A stretch of 64,000 nucleotides of DNA from Planctomycetota bacterium (GCA_965223265.1 OZ244999.1:4896001-4960000); one strand, 5' to 3'. Counted from the first letter of the stretch, positions 8,346 to 18,296 are shown. Notes: a model not told the origin generated them from the sequence alone. Numbers and translations are program-made.

Positions 8346-11300
8346 CTAAACCTCGCACTTGAGTGAATCCTCGCTGCGGTCGAGACCTGGCTGTTCGAAC
8401 GGCGGCGCCGGCGGCAAACCGCCACCAAAGAGATGGAGGAGGAGACGAATGGCATCGGAGATGTTGAGCCGGCCGTCGTCATTGGTGTCGACCGCGTCCT
8501 CGCAGCTCGCTTCGCCGCCGCGGAAAAGAAAGTTCAAGATCGCGAACACGTCGTCGACGATGACGCGGCCATCGCCATCCGCATCACCACGCCGGAAACC
8601 GTTCAAGGTGTAGGTGAAAGCGTCAGCGAGCACAGCGCTACGGCCGTCAGCGATGAATGCAGCGACGTCAACGACCCCTTCCTCGGCGCCAAGAGGAACG
8701 ACTGCTTCAAGCTGTGTCTCGGAGAGGATGACCGTCTCCTCCGCCACACTCCCCCCGACCTCGACCCACGTTCCCTCGCGGAAACCGGCACCGAATAGCG
8801 TCATACGCGTACCACCACCAAGCGGACCAGAAATCGGGTCGATGGCCGTAAGTGTGGGATCCGGCCAGGTGGTGGTATCAAAAACACGCGCCAGCGCTGT
8901 TCCCACGAGGTTGTCTTCGTGGTCGAACGCGGCCAGGCGGATCTCATTGTCGCTGTCGACCAAGCCTGCGATCTCAAACGTCCACTCGACCGGGACTCCG
9001 CCGACGAAGGTGTTGCGATCCTGGTCGGCGGGCACGCTCCAAGTCGGCGACGTCTCCTGAGGATCGCCGCTGTTGACAGAGACTAAGATCCTCTGGACGT
9101 TGAGCGGCGCCGTTCCGCGCAGCAACACCACTCCACTCCGAGTTCCCGACGGATTCGGTGAAACGATCGCAAACTCAGTGTCCGCGATATGTCTCAGCGC
9201 CGTGCCAAGCACGTACGCACGCCGTCCCGAGACGAAGCTAACAATGGGTCCACCAGTCGGCGCTGGTCGACCGACCGCATGAACAAGGTCGGTCCACTGC
9301 TCGACCCGGTCACGATTGAATCGCTCGTCCAAATGTTCCTGAAGAAGTCGAAAGTAGAGGCGCCGATACTCTGGAAAGCGAGCAAGGCGCCCAAGGCCGA
9401 ACGTGGTACTCGTCGGCAGCAGGCGGGCCGTCGTGCTTCCAAACGAGTTGTCCATATCCCACGGCAACAGGTAATGGCGTCCCTCATTGGGAGCGTAGTA
9501 AAGATAGGCGTTCTGGCCGTTGCCGATGTCGATGGTGTCCCAGTCGTCATGCAGGATCCTGGCGACAAAGACGCGGAGCGTCGACTCGACGTTGAGAATC
9601 GACTCGATCTTCTCTACGTACTCCTCGTCGGGCGTCGTCCTGGAATCCATCGCGGTAAGGAGTCGAATCAGCGGCTCGAACGAATCTTCGTCTCGCCGAA
9701 GTTTCGGATTGTAAAAGAAGCGGTAGTTCTCCGCTGAGTCGACGCCAGGGAAAGGCCCCTCGCGCAGCGTTCGAAACTCGGTCCAAAACGGCCGATCGCT
9801 CATCGTCCCCGCGTCGTTGAACGCGATCTTACCGGTGATCTTCCAGAGAAGGCCATCGCCGTCGTGCGGCCAGTGATGGCGCGCGTAGATCGAGTCAACC
9901 GGACGAATCTCGGCCATGACCGGACTACTGTGCTGCTCGCCGTTGAGTTTGACGTCAATGTACTGAAAGCGCTGCGAAAATGGTGTCGGTGCGTCGATCG
10001 TGCCCGCTTCACGCACCATGTAATACGCCATACCCTCTCTCTGGCCACTGCCGCGGGAGCTCAAGTTGACCCGTTTGGCACCGTCAGGAAGCGTCCGGTC
10101 TCCGGGAAAGCGCAGCCGAAACTGCTTTGGAACGGACGGTCGGCCCCACGGACTGCCGCGGTAACGAACACCGACATCGTAGAAGACTTCCTCTTCCTCG
10201 AGGACGAGTGTGGCGGGGAGAAGCGCGTTCGAATGCAGAGCGCGCGTCTCCAATTCGGTCAGATCGAGATCATTCATGACAAGGCGGAATCGCGACAGAG
10301 GATTCCCGACCGTCCGGAGATCGACGGCGAAGGTACGAGCGCGCAACGGCGCGCCTATCGGGAACTCGCGCTGCGCCTCAAGTCCGTCCACCGCTTCGAC
10401 CCAGAAACTGATCACGTCACCGCGCTGAAACGGGCCGATCGCGCCGCCATAGGTCCCGTCACCGGGCAAGCCATCCCCGTGCAGCCCGTCATCGTGGAGC
10501 GCGATGGAGCCTTCCCCCAGCGCGACTTCCGCACCTTCCTCAGCACGATTCGCCATACGGTCAACTCGGTAGTAGGCCGTCACCGCCTCGACGCCATCCG
10601 AATCCGTGACGCGAGCCAAAAGCTGCACCGACTGCCCTGGCGCGGGCACTGCTGGGGCGTGACGCAGGCTGGCGACGACGGGACCTAAGTTGCTGTCGCC
10701 CGTCGTTTCGCGCAGCCAGCGTGTGGCGCCATTCTCGCGCCCGGGAGAGCCGTTCGTCCGCGGCGCGGCAAGATAAACCGTACGACCGAACGCATTGTTG
10801 TGCCCACTGACGTGAAGAGCATTCGAACCGGTGAGCCAGCGCGCCTTGAAACGCACGCGAATGGGTCCCGCTGGTATCGACTCGGTCGTGTCGATCTCGA
10901 TGCGATTGACTTTGTTGTTCCCGGCGCCGGTGGCGATCAACCGGAGACTGGCGTTGCCGTCACTCGCCTCCTCCGTCGTGCGAAACGATTCGATGTGGTT
11001 GCCCATGATGCGCCACGGCCGGGTGTCGACCTCGAAGCTACCGTTTTCGATGTACTCCACGGCCGGCTCTCCCGCCGTGATCGACACGCCATCGATTAAG
11101 CATTCGCCGTCATCGAGAAAAAACAGGTGCAGCTCTGCTTCAATCAAACCCGGCCCCGTGAGAACCACGTTTTCGATTTCGTAGTCGAATTCAGTCCACG
11201 GCGCCGCAGCCGACTCATCGCTCGGCGCCCACGCAGACGCGACACTGTTGTCCTGAAGAGGATCGATTAACTCGATGCTGGACCCGCCTCCGTCGGCGGC

Positions 11301-13337
11301 GGCGGGCCACTCTCCACCGTCGAAGTAGGTCACTTCGTCGATTGTTCGCCCCAAATGATCCACGAGGCGAAGACGCTCCCCTCGGTTGCTCAGCGTGCCG
11401 AACGCCTCGCGCTCATCGAGGCTTGCGTCGCCGCGCAGTCCGACCACCTGCTCAGCACTCAGTCCATAGAGCGCGCGGACATAACTCGGGTCTTTCGCCA
11501 CGACCAAGTACGCGCCTGGCGCAAGAACCTGGCCAGGCGCAAAGGTGTAGTTGTAGCCATCGTCGATGGCCATGCCTTCCAGATTGATCGGACTCGCGGA
11601 ACGATTGTAGAGCTCAACATACTCGCCCGCCTCGCCTTCGGGCAGCCGCTCCCCGTTGTCGTCAAGAGTTCGCGGGTGATAGTGGATCTCGCTGAAGACA
11701 ACACCCGTCTCGACGTCGAGGTCATTCGACGCCGCCGGCGTCGGACGCGACGACAATCTCCACCCAGCGTTGCCGTCGGGGTAGCGCACATGGCTCGTCC
11801 CTCGACTGACGTCGTCCAGCGGGTCGAAAAGCGCGGCTGTCTCGACCGCGACGCCGCCGCGATCGTAAAGAAACAACTCCAGACTTGAAGACGCGCCGAG
11901 CGAGAAACCGAGCTCCGCTTCCGTGAAGACAAGCAGTTCAAAATCGGCGAGAGTTGTACCGTCCGGAATCTCGAACCGCTCGACTGCTGGATCGGCCGAC
12001 CTTGAGATCTGAAAGCCCGACAAATCGATCCTCTCGGGAGTGAGGTTCAGCAGTTCAATCGCTCCCGATGAATCCTCTGTGGTACGGACGACTTCGTTGA
12101 TCACGATGCGCTCCGTCGGCGGCCCGGGAAAAGTATCGACTGTCTGAAAGTGGAGCGACGGGATCAGCGACGCGTCCGACGAGCGCTGCAGGTTATTGTT
12201 GTGAATCTGAATCGCCAAAACGTTCTCGCCCGGCAGAATCTTCTCCTTCGCGAGCTCGAAGACGATCGGGTCATCGTCCGACTCACGAAAACGAGTTGCT
12301 CGTGCGTCGGCCGGTACGTCCTCACCCGGCTCACCTGGAACGTTGTTGCGTCCGATTTCCTCACCGTTGAGGTACGCCACAAATCCGTCGTCGAAGCGCA
12401 GCTCGAAGCGGACGAAGACGGCTTCTTCCAGACTCTCGGGGGCCAAGGTGAAAGATTTACGCGCCGCAAACGCGAGATAGTTGCCGAGCATGTCGTCGAG
12501 CACAGTGACGATGTCTTCGTCGCCCATGCCGATCGGCGTGATGCCGACGCGCCACTCGCTGTCGTCGAACTCAGGTGAGCGCCACGCGTCCAGCGGATCG
12601 GAGAACTCCGCCATAACCAACGTCTCGGAATCCCAGCCCGTCCGAAACCGCCACTCGGCGCCTGCACCGGTCTCGGGGATGACGTCGTTGCGCACGGGGA
12701 GGGGTTCGCGGAAGTTGATGGTCCCTGGGGTACCACCTCGCTCAAGGCTACGCACCCAGGCGCGAGCGGAGTCCGGATCCGCGGCGACGTTCTTCAGCGC
12801 CAGTGTAAACCCGGTGCCGTGAGCGGTACCCGGCCACTGCACAGCGGGACGATAACGCACATCGGTGACCTCACCGCCACGACGATCGACAATTCGAAGC
12901 CGTTCGCCACCATTGTCAAGGCGACCCTCGTAATCGCCGATGACGTTTTCGATCCCGTAGACTTCACGGACGCGTGCGGAGCTGCGGCAGAGGACGAGAT
13001 AAGAGCGGCCGCGCATCATCACACCTTCAGGAAACGTGTAGCGAATCCCGTCTGTGAAGGAATAACCCGAGAGATCGATCGGATACGCGATCTCGTTGCA
13101 GAGCTCGATGAACTCGAGCGTCTCGTCGGGATCGGTCTCCGCATCCGGGCGATAGTTGATCTCAGAGATCGTGAGCGCCTGCAGCGCTCCCGGTACCGAG
13201 ATGATCGAGAACACGAGTGCGAGTGCTGCGGCCGTCGCGGATCGCGTTCGCGCGTTCAGGTGAAGCGCATGAGCGACGCTCACGAAAAAACCAGCATCGA
13301 CGGCCTGCCCCGCTCGACTCCTCACGCTTGAAGCCAT
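8346..13337 (-). CDS. Lamin-tail-domain/CotH kinase family protein with IPT and C-terminal dockerin-like module
   Basis: ISEINY/VINEV/FSEIHYHP..EYVELYN lamin-tail motifs; LHDDGLHGDGLPGDGTY; CotH-like VRYRGS, DWD..GNGQNAYLY, LLPWDMD; FRRGDADGDG tail; start uncertain (13337 or 13382). Confidence 0.85.
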   Translation of the reverse strand: MASSVRSRAGQAVDAGFFVSVAHALHLNARTRSATAAALALVFSIISVPGALQALTISEINYRPDAETDPDETLEFIELCNEIAYPIDLSGYSFTDGIRYTFPEGVMMRGRSYLVLCRSSARVREVYGIENVIGDYEGRLDNGGERLRIVDRRGGEVTDVRYRPAVQWPGTAHGTGFTLALKNVAADPDSARAWVRSLERGGTPGTINFREPLPVRNDVIPETGAGAEWRFRTGWDSETLVMAEFSDPLDAWRSPEFDDSEWRVGITPIGMGDEDIVTVLDDMLGNYLAFAARKSFTLAPESLEEAVFVRFELRFDDGFVAYLNGEEIGRNNVPGEPGEDVPADARATRFRESDDDPIVFELAKEKILPGENVLAIQIHNNNLQRSSDASLIPSLHFQTVDTFPGPPTERIVINEVVRTTEDSSGAIELLNLTPERIDLSGFQISRSADPAVERFEIPDGTTLADFELLVFTEAELGFSLGASSSLELFLYDRGGVAVETAALFDPLDDVSRGTSHVRYPDGNAGWRLSSRPTPAASNDLDVETGVVFSEIHYHPRTLDDNGERLPEGEAGEYVELYNRSASPINLEGMAIDDGYNYTFAPGQVLAPGAYLVVAKDPSYVRALYGLSAEQVVGLRGDASLDEREAFGTLSNRGERLRLVDHLGRTIDEVTYFDGGEWPAAADGGGSSIELIDPLQDNSVASAWAPSDESAAAPWTEFDYEIENVVLTGPGLIEAELHLFFLDDGECLIDGVSITAGEPAVEYIENGSFEVDTRPWRIMGNHIESFRTTEEASDGNASLRLIATGAGNNKVNRIEIDTTESIPAGPIRVRFKARWLTGSNALHVSGHNNAFGRTVYLAAPRTNGSPGRENGATRWLRETTGDSNLGPVVASLRHAPAVPAPGQSVQLLARVTDSDGVEAVTAYYRVDRMANRAEEGAEVALGEGSIALHDDGLHGDGLPGDGTYGGAIGPFQRGDVISFWVEAVDGLEAQREFPIGAPLRARTFAVDLRTVGNPLSRFRLVMNDLDLTELETRALHSNALLPATLVLEEEEVFYDVGVRYRGSPWGRPSVPKQFRLRFPGDRTLPDGAKRVNLSSRGSGQREGMAYYMVREAGTIDAPTPFSQRFQYIDVKLNGEQHSSPVMAEIRPVDSIYARHHWPHDGDGLLWKITGKIAFNDAGTMSDRPFWTEFRTLREGPFPGVDSAENYRFFYNPKLRRDEDSFEPLIRLLTAMDSRTTPDEEYVEKIESILNVESTLRVFVARILHDDWDTIDIGNGQNAYLYYAPNEGRHYLLPWDMDNSFGSTTARLLPTSTTFGLGRLARFPEYRRLYFRLLQEHLDERFNRDRVEQWTDLVHAVGRPAPTGGPIVSFVSGRRAYVLGTALRHIADTEFAIVSPNPSGTRSGVVLLRGTAPLNVQRILVSVNSGDPQETSPTWSVPADQDRNTFVGGVPVEWTFEIAGLVDSDNEIRLAAFDHEDNLVGTALARVFDTTTWPDPTLTAIDPISGPLGGGTRMTLFGAGFREGTWVEVGGSVAEETVILSETQLEAVVPLGAEEGVVDVAAFIADGRSAVLADAFTYTLNGFRRGDADGDGRVIVDDVFAILNFLFRGGEASCEDAVDTNDDGRLNISDAIRLLLHLFGGGLPPAPPFEQPGLDRSEDSLKCEV

Positions 13338-13458
13338 GCGCACGTCGCTCCGCGTCCGTTCCAATTGGCTTTCACAGCACACGTCTCCAGGATACCCGCG
13401 AACGAAGTTCTGCGAAAATCAAACCTCGCCCGTGATCCGCGACGCAAGTCGTCATGCG

Positions 13459-14379
13459 TCACAGGGACTCGAGCTGGGTCCGAACCTCAGTCGAGAGTCC
13501 CCTGTCGCCTGCCGCGAACGCTTGATCAATGTGCGCAGGCTCACGCGCACCGATGAGGACGGAGGTCACGTCCGGGCGCGTCAACACCCACGCGAGCGCT
13601 AGGTCGTGCATTGTTCTTCCCTCTTGCGCCGCGATCTCGCGTAATCCATCGACGACTTGAAAACCGCGGTCAGTGAAATAGATCGGCTGGTGGCCTGGAA
13701 TGACATCGAAACGAGTGCCGCGCGGAACCTCGCCGCCGCGTCGATATTTTCCGGTCAAGAACCCCGCGCCGAGCGGGCTGTACGTCAGCGTCGCGACGCC
13801 TTGATCGCAGCAAAGCGGTAAAAGATCGGATTCGATTTCACGTGCGACAAGGCTATACGGAGGTTGTACGGAGACGACGTTCGCGACCGCTTGGCTAGTG
13901 CTCTTTCCCGTCGACAAGAGGAGCGCCTTGGCGACCTGCCATGCACTCCAGTTGCTGACGCCACAAAACCGCACTTTGCCCTGCTCCTCGAGGCTCTGCA
14001 GAGCAGCCAGCGTCTCCTCGAGCGGCACCTCATCGTCCCAATTGTGCAGTTGAAACAGATCGATGACCTCGGTCTTCAGCCTCTTGAGACTCTCGTTCAC
14101 CGACGCCAGCACACGCTCACGTGTCAGGCTGCCAGCGACTTTAGTAGCAAGTACGATCTCGTCACGTACGCCGCGACTAGCCAACCAATCGCCAAGCACC
14201 GTCTCCGAGGCGCCAGCAGCATAGGCCTCAGCCGTGTCAAAACAGTTGATGCCGCGCTCGCGCGCATGATCGAGCACGGCAAACGATGCGTCACGGTCGA
14301 TCTCACGGCCGAAGGTGACGCAGCCGAGCGAGATCGAGCTGACTTCGAGTTCCGTGCGTCCGAATCTGCGGTATTCCAT
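13459..14379 (-). CDS. Aldo/keto reductase
   Basis: FDTAEAY, LATK, DLFQLH tetrad motifs; YSPLGAGFLTGKY. Confidence 0.93.
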   Translation of the reverse strand: MEYRRFGRTELEVSSISLGCVTFGREIDRDASFAVLDHARERGINCFDTAEAYAAGASETVLGDWLASRGVRDEIVLATKVAGSLTRERVLASVNESLKRLKTEVIDLFQLHNWDDEVPLEETLAALQSLEEQGKVRFCGVSNWSAWQVAKALLLSTGKSTSQAVANVVSVQPPYSLVAREIESDLLPLCCDQGVATLTYSPLGAGFLTGKYRRGGEVPRGTRFDVIPGHQPIYFTDRGFQVVDGLREIAAQEGRTMHDLALAWVLTRPDVTSVLIGAREPAHIDQAFAAGDRGLSTEVRTQLESL

Positions 14380-14465
14380 CGTCTCGCCGCCTCATCCCAT
14401 CGAGCAATCTGGCACCCCTCCACGCGAGGAGTTTCGCGGGAGATCACCGACACGGCCGGAAGGCC

Positions 14466-15266
14466 TTAAGTTTCGACCCAATGACGATACAAAGGTCGAA
14501 CGTTCGCAGGCAAGCCCTCGTAGACTTCGCGCCTGATCGCAGGCACCTGATTGTCGCTGCGGCCCGGCTCATCGACCATGCGCCGGCGCTCATCCGAATT
14601 CGGGCGCAGCACGTCGAGGTTCAGCCACCACGGAGCGTAACGCACGGCCAACGCGACACGTGGCACCGACGACTGGTTCGGTGCGGTCGCGTGCCAAAGT
14701 CGGCTGTCGAAAACAAGAACGCTGCCAGCCGGCCCCATCACTTGCATCTGCGCGGAGAGGTCGCGCGCTGGCTCAACTCCCATGCGAGCCGTTGGATTGG
14801 TGGACGATCGGTGACTTCCGGGAACGACGAGCGTACCACCGTTGTCAGCGGTGAACGGACTGAGCATCCAAAGGGTGGTCAGATGCATGGTGGCATCCGG
14901 ATAAGGCGCAGGGACGTGACCCGCGTTGCGCTGATTGAACGGCCAATCCGCATGCCAATCGCCACGCGCGTTCCCTGGTTCGTTGACAATTGCTGAGGTG
15001 AACGAAACGCGCACGTCATGGCCGAGCAGCGAGGTAACGATCTGCAGCAGTCTCGGCTCGGCAAGGTACGGAGCAAACGACTGCTCGTGATTAATGATGC
15101 CGGCACAAAAGCTGACATTCTCTGGCGCAGTGCCCGGCCGGCACTGGCGACGCGCCGCCTCAAGGACGCGCGCTTCGACTTCCTCGCAGCACGCCGCTGG
15201 AATCACCTCCTCGATGACGCAGAAGCCGTGGACCTTCATTTCGAGTTCGAGTCGATCGGGATGCAT
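14466..15266 (-). CDS. Phytanoyl-CoA dioxygenase (PhyH) family Fe(II)/2OG oxygenase
   Basis: WHADWP, NGGTLVVPGSH, GSVLVFDSRLWH; ATG overlaps upstream TAA (TAATG). Confidence 0.88.
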   Translation of the reverse strand: MHPDRLELEMKVHGFCVIEEVIPAACCEEVEARVLEAARRQCRPGTAPENVSFCAGIINHEQSFAPYLAEPRLLQIVTSLLGHDVRVSFTSAIVNEPGNARGDWHADWPFNQRNAGHVPAPYPDATMHLTTLWMLSPFTADNGGTLVVPGSHRSSTNPTARMGVEPARDLSAQMQVMGPAGSVLVFDSRLWHATAPNQSSVPRVALAVRYAPWWLNLDVLRPNSDERRRMVDEPGRSDNQVPAIRREVYEGLPANVRPLYRHWVET

Positions 15267-16771
15267 TAGCGATGGGACTCTGTTCGTCGGCGCGGCAGCG
15301 TGACAAGGCGCCAGTGAACCGCCGAGACGACCGCGCCTGCAAGCAGCGTCACGGTCAATGAGGCCGGGGCGATCCATAGAAAGCTGATCAAGGCGGTGTC
15401 AGTGATTTTCGTACCGAAAGCGATCCAAAGAGACGTCATAGTACCGCAGAACATGCCGGCAAGAGCACCTGCAAGCGTTACAAATGGCATGAAGAGCGCC
15501 ATGACGAAGACTCCAAACAGCGGACCGATGAGAACGTTTGTCGTCCGCTTGGCGACGGCGAGAAAGTTCCCCGGCACTTCCTCCATCAAAGGAGACGCGA
15601 GAACGACCACAAGCCCAATGGCGAACGCCAGAGCCCGCGCGACGCGCAGCTGAAGAGTCGGCGAAAGTGGCTTCGAGCGCAGCTGCGGCAAGAAGTCGGT
15701 AACCACAACAGCGCTGATCGAATTGACGCCCGAGTCGAGACTCGACATCGCGGCGGCGAACATGCCCGCCATGACAAATCCCGAGACGCCCGGAGGCAAT
15801 TCGTGCGAGATGAAGCGTGGAAAGATGAGGTCGGCGCTGACGCCAAGGTTGGGGGCGGTACGGTAGTATCCCAGAAGGGCCAGCCCGACGAGCGCGAGGA
15901 GAGCCATGACGCCGCCGCCGGCAAGGCTGTTGGCGAGATACGAGCGGCGCGCCGAACGCGCGTCCTGAGTCGCCATAAAACGCTGGATAGCTGTCTGATC
16001 GGAACCCGCAGTGCAGACATGCCAGGTCGTCGCGGAGATCAAGACACCGAAGACGGAGGCGCGGACACGAGGATCGAGACTGAAAAATGGTTGCGTGTCC
16101 CAAGTCTCGACCCACGCGGTAGGAAACCAGTGAAACCCACCGACTCGAACAGTGATGGTCCCAAGAACAAGCAGCGTGCCACCGGCGAGCAAGGCGAACT
16201 GAATTGCGTCGGTGATCATGACCGCACGCAGGCCACCAAGGGCGGAATAGACGACAGCGACACCGCCGATCAGGAACGTGACGAGCGTTCGCGCTTCTGG
16301 CTCGAGGTCGAGCATCACCCGAAGGGCGTCCGCGATAAAGTAGACGAGAAGCGACATCCAAACGAGTCGAATAGCGACGAACGATGCGGCTCCAACGATC
16401 CGAGCGGGACGACCAAAGCGCGCACCTAAGATTTCGTAGGCGCTCGTGACGCGATGTTTCATCAACGCTGGAATGAGTAGGTAGCCGACGACTATGTACG
16501 CAAACGGGATCGCGAGCAGGCCTGCGAGCGTCGCCGGCCCCTTGGCGTACACTTCGCCCGGCGTCGAGAGAAACGTAATGGTGCTGAAGAGCGTCGCGAA
16601 GAGCGAAATGCCGACGAGGACTGGATTCATGCGACGATTGGCGACGAAGTACTCTTCGCCGCTCGACTGCCGCCGGCCGTAGTACCAACCGAGAGCGGTC
16701 ACGACAGCGACGTAAACGCCCACGATGGTGATATCAATCCAGTGAAGGCCGGGTGCGTCCGGGGGTGGCAC
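15266..16771 (-). CDS. Sodium:solute symporter (SSS/SLC5) family transporter
   Basis: EEYFVANR, GISLFATLFSTITFL, GGLRAVMITDAIQ, DQTAIQRF, AAAMSSLDSGVNS; many TM helices. Confidence 0.93.
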   Translation of the reverse strand: MPPPDAPGLHWIDITIVGVYVAVVTALGWYYGRRQSSGEEYFVANRRMNPVLVGISLFATLFSTITFLSTPGEVYAKGPATLAGLLAIPFAYIVVGYLLIPALMKHRVTSAYEILGARFGRPARIVGAASFVAIRLVWMSLLVYFIADALRVMLDLEPEARTLVTFLIGGVAVVYSALGGLRAVMITDAIQFALLAGGTLLVLGTITVRVGGFHWFPTAWVETWDTQPFFSLDPRVRASVFGVLISATTWHVCTAGSDQTAIQRFMATQDARSARRSYLANSLAGGGVMALLALVGLALLGYYRTAPNLGVSADLIFPRFISHELPPGVSGFVMAGMFAAAMSSLDSGVNSISAVVVTDFLPQLRSKPLSPTLQLRVARALAFAIGLVVVLASPLMEEVPGNFLAVAKRTTNVLIGPLFGVFVMALFMPFVTLAGALAGMFCGTMTSLWIAFGTKITDTALISFLWIAPASLTVTLLAGAVVSAVHWRLVTLPRRRTESHR

Positions 16772-17133
16772 GATGAAGTCTCTCCGTCAGCTTTGAGGAG
16801 CTTGTCGAATCGGGCGTTGATCGTAACGTTCCCATGTCCGATTGCGTACCGTGGAGCGGTCATGTGACTTCGTGCCCGAGCCCGTAGACGGGGCTGCGTG
16901 CCAGCGGTCGGTGTGTGAGTCCGACCGGGAGGCCGCTCCGGAATGCGTTTGCGTGGGCGTGGACATCTCCTATAGTAGCCGGCGCGCCACATGCCATCCG
17001 GTCTTGCGGGCGAGAGCTGGACGTACCGGTACTCTGCTGCTGACTCTCTATCTGCGTCTGATTCCGTATCCGTATCCGCCTCCCCGCCAAACCCACCGCG
17101 CCAACTAGTGCACGGCGGGCCAAGGCTCCCGAG

Positions 17134-17457
17134 TCAGCGCGTCAGTTTCCAGAGCATTGCCTGCAGCCGATCGACGTCCGCGAGCACCGCAGCAGCCTCG
17201 GCTTGATCAATGTAGCCCCATGCCTCAGCAACCTTGAGCGCCGTGCGCACTTCCTCGGCACTACCCGAAGCAATGCGCCAAAGATGCCCGCGGTCACGAC
17301 CCTGACGCCGATTTCCCTCGCCAAGGTTGAGCGCGACCGACGAACCAGCATCGCGCAGTTGAGCGGCCAGCTTCGAATCGTGACGACGGATGCTCGAGAC
17401 AAGGGGACGCAGCTGACGAACAATGCCAAAAGTGTGATCCAGAACGAGAAAGCTCAT
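17134..17457 (-). CDS. Four helix bundle protein (23S rRNA-IVP / bAvd-like family)
   Basis: 107 aa, LAAQLRDAGSSVALNLGEG..R....HLWRIASGSAEEVRTAL..A..WGYI family signature; GGAG RBS. Confidence 0.88.
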   Translation of the reverse strand: MSFLVLDHTFGIVRQLRPLVSSIRRHDSKLAAQLRDAGSSVALNLGEGNRRQGRDRGHLWRIASGSAEEVRTALKVAEAWGYIDQAEAAAVLADVDRLQAMLWKLTR

Positions 17458-17524
17458 GTGTGACTCCGGTAACGGCTGAGTGACCTGTCGCCGGCGCCCG
17501 ACGCGGCGGCGTTTCACTCCCGCC

Positions 17525-17603
17525 AACCGAAGCAGAGACGGGGTCAAGGGCGCGAAGCGCCGAGCGCAGCGAGGACACCCTTGAGGCCGGCTCTGCTTCG
17601 GTT
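17525..17603. other. Long imperfect inverted repeat upstream of the four-helix-bundle gene
   Basis: AACCGAAGCAGAG(17525-37)/CTCTGCTTCGGTT(17591-603) and TCAAGGG/CCCTTGA arms; loop holds CGCGAAGCG and GCGCAGC mini-hairpins. Confidence 0.75.
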
Positions 17604-17605
17604 AA

Positions 17606-17764
17606 CAGCCCGTTGAAAAAGTCATTCGGCTGAGAAACCGGCCTCTTCACGCCCAGATCAGCCGCGGCGAGCCTCGAAAATCTCGGAGATTACCTGCGTT
17701 CGCCGCGGCCGATCTGGACGCGAAGCGACCAGTTTTCAGCTCGAAGCACTTTTTCAACAGGCTG
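17606..17764. mobile_element. MITE, copy 1 (IS5/IS1182-like ends)
   Basis: 17-bp TIRs CAGCCCGTTGAAAAAGT / ACTTTTTCAACAGGCTG, TTAA on both flanks; homologous to 57231-57408. Confidence 0.85.
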
Positions 17765-17850
17765 TTAAGATCGACCAAACCGCCGCCGAACGCACGCCCC
17801 GAGCAGCAGAGCTCTTCTCTACCTCCGGCTCGATCGCCGCGGCCGCACCG

Positions 17851-17970
17851 GTTTGCGTTTGCGTTTGCGTTTGCGTTTGCGTTTGCGTTTGCGTTTGCGT
17901 TTGCGTTTGCGTTTGCGTGGGCGTTTGCGTGGGCGTTTGCGTGGGCGTGGGCGTGGGCGTGGGCGTGGGC
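17851..17970 (+). repeat. Hexamer tract (GTTTGC)x11 grading into GTGGGC
   Basis: Directly visible. Confidence 0.95.
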
Positions 17971-17971
17971 C

Positions 17972-18296
17972 GAAAGTAGCAGGCACACTCCCGTGTGCCG
18001 TCCGGTCTTGTGTGGGCGTGGGCTGAAAGTAGCAGGCACACTCCCGTGTGCCGTCCGGTCTTGTGTGGGCGTGGGCTGAAAGTAGCAGGCACACTCCCGT
18101 GTGCCGTCCGGTCTTGTGTGTGAGCGTGGGCGTGGGCGTGGGCGTGAGCGTGGGCTGAAAGTAGCAGGCACACTCCCGTGTGCCGTCCGGTCTTGTGTGG
18201 GCGTGTGCGTGGGCTGAAAGTAGCAGGCACACTCCCGTGTGCCGTCCGGTCCTGTGTGTGCGTGTGCGTGTGCGTGGGCGTGGGCGTGGGCGTGGG
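17972..18296 (+). repeat. Five direct copies of a 43-bp GTAG-type REP-like hairpin separated by hexamer runs
   Basis: GAAAGTAGCAGGCACACTCCCGTGTGCCGTCCGGTCTTGTGTG at 17972, 18025, 18078, 18157, 18216; stem GGCACAC/GTGTGCC. Confidence 0.9.

Noticed and set aside
17972-18296. CRISPR array
   Set aside because: Spacers are short, non-unique hexamer runs of variable length; no cas genes or AT-rich leader; repeats carry a GTAG REP foot
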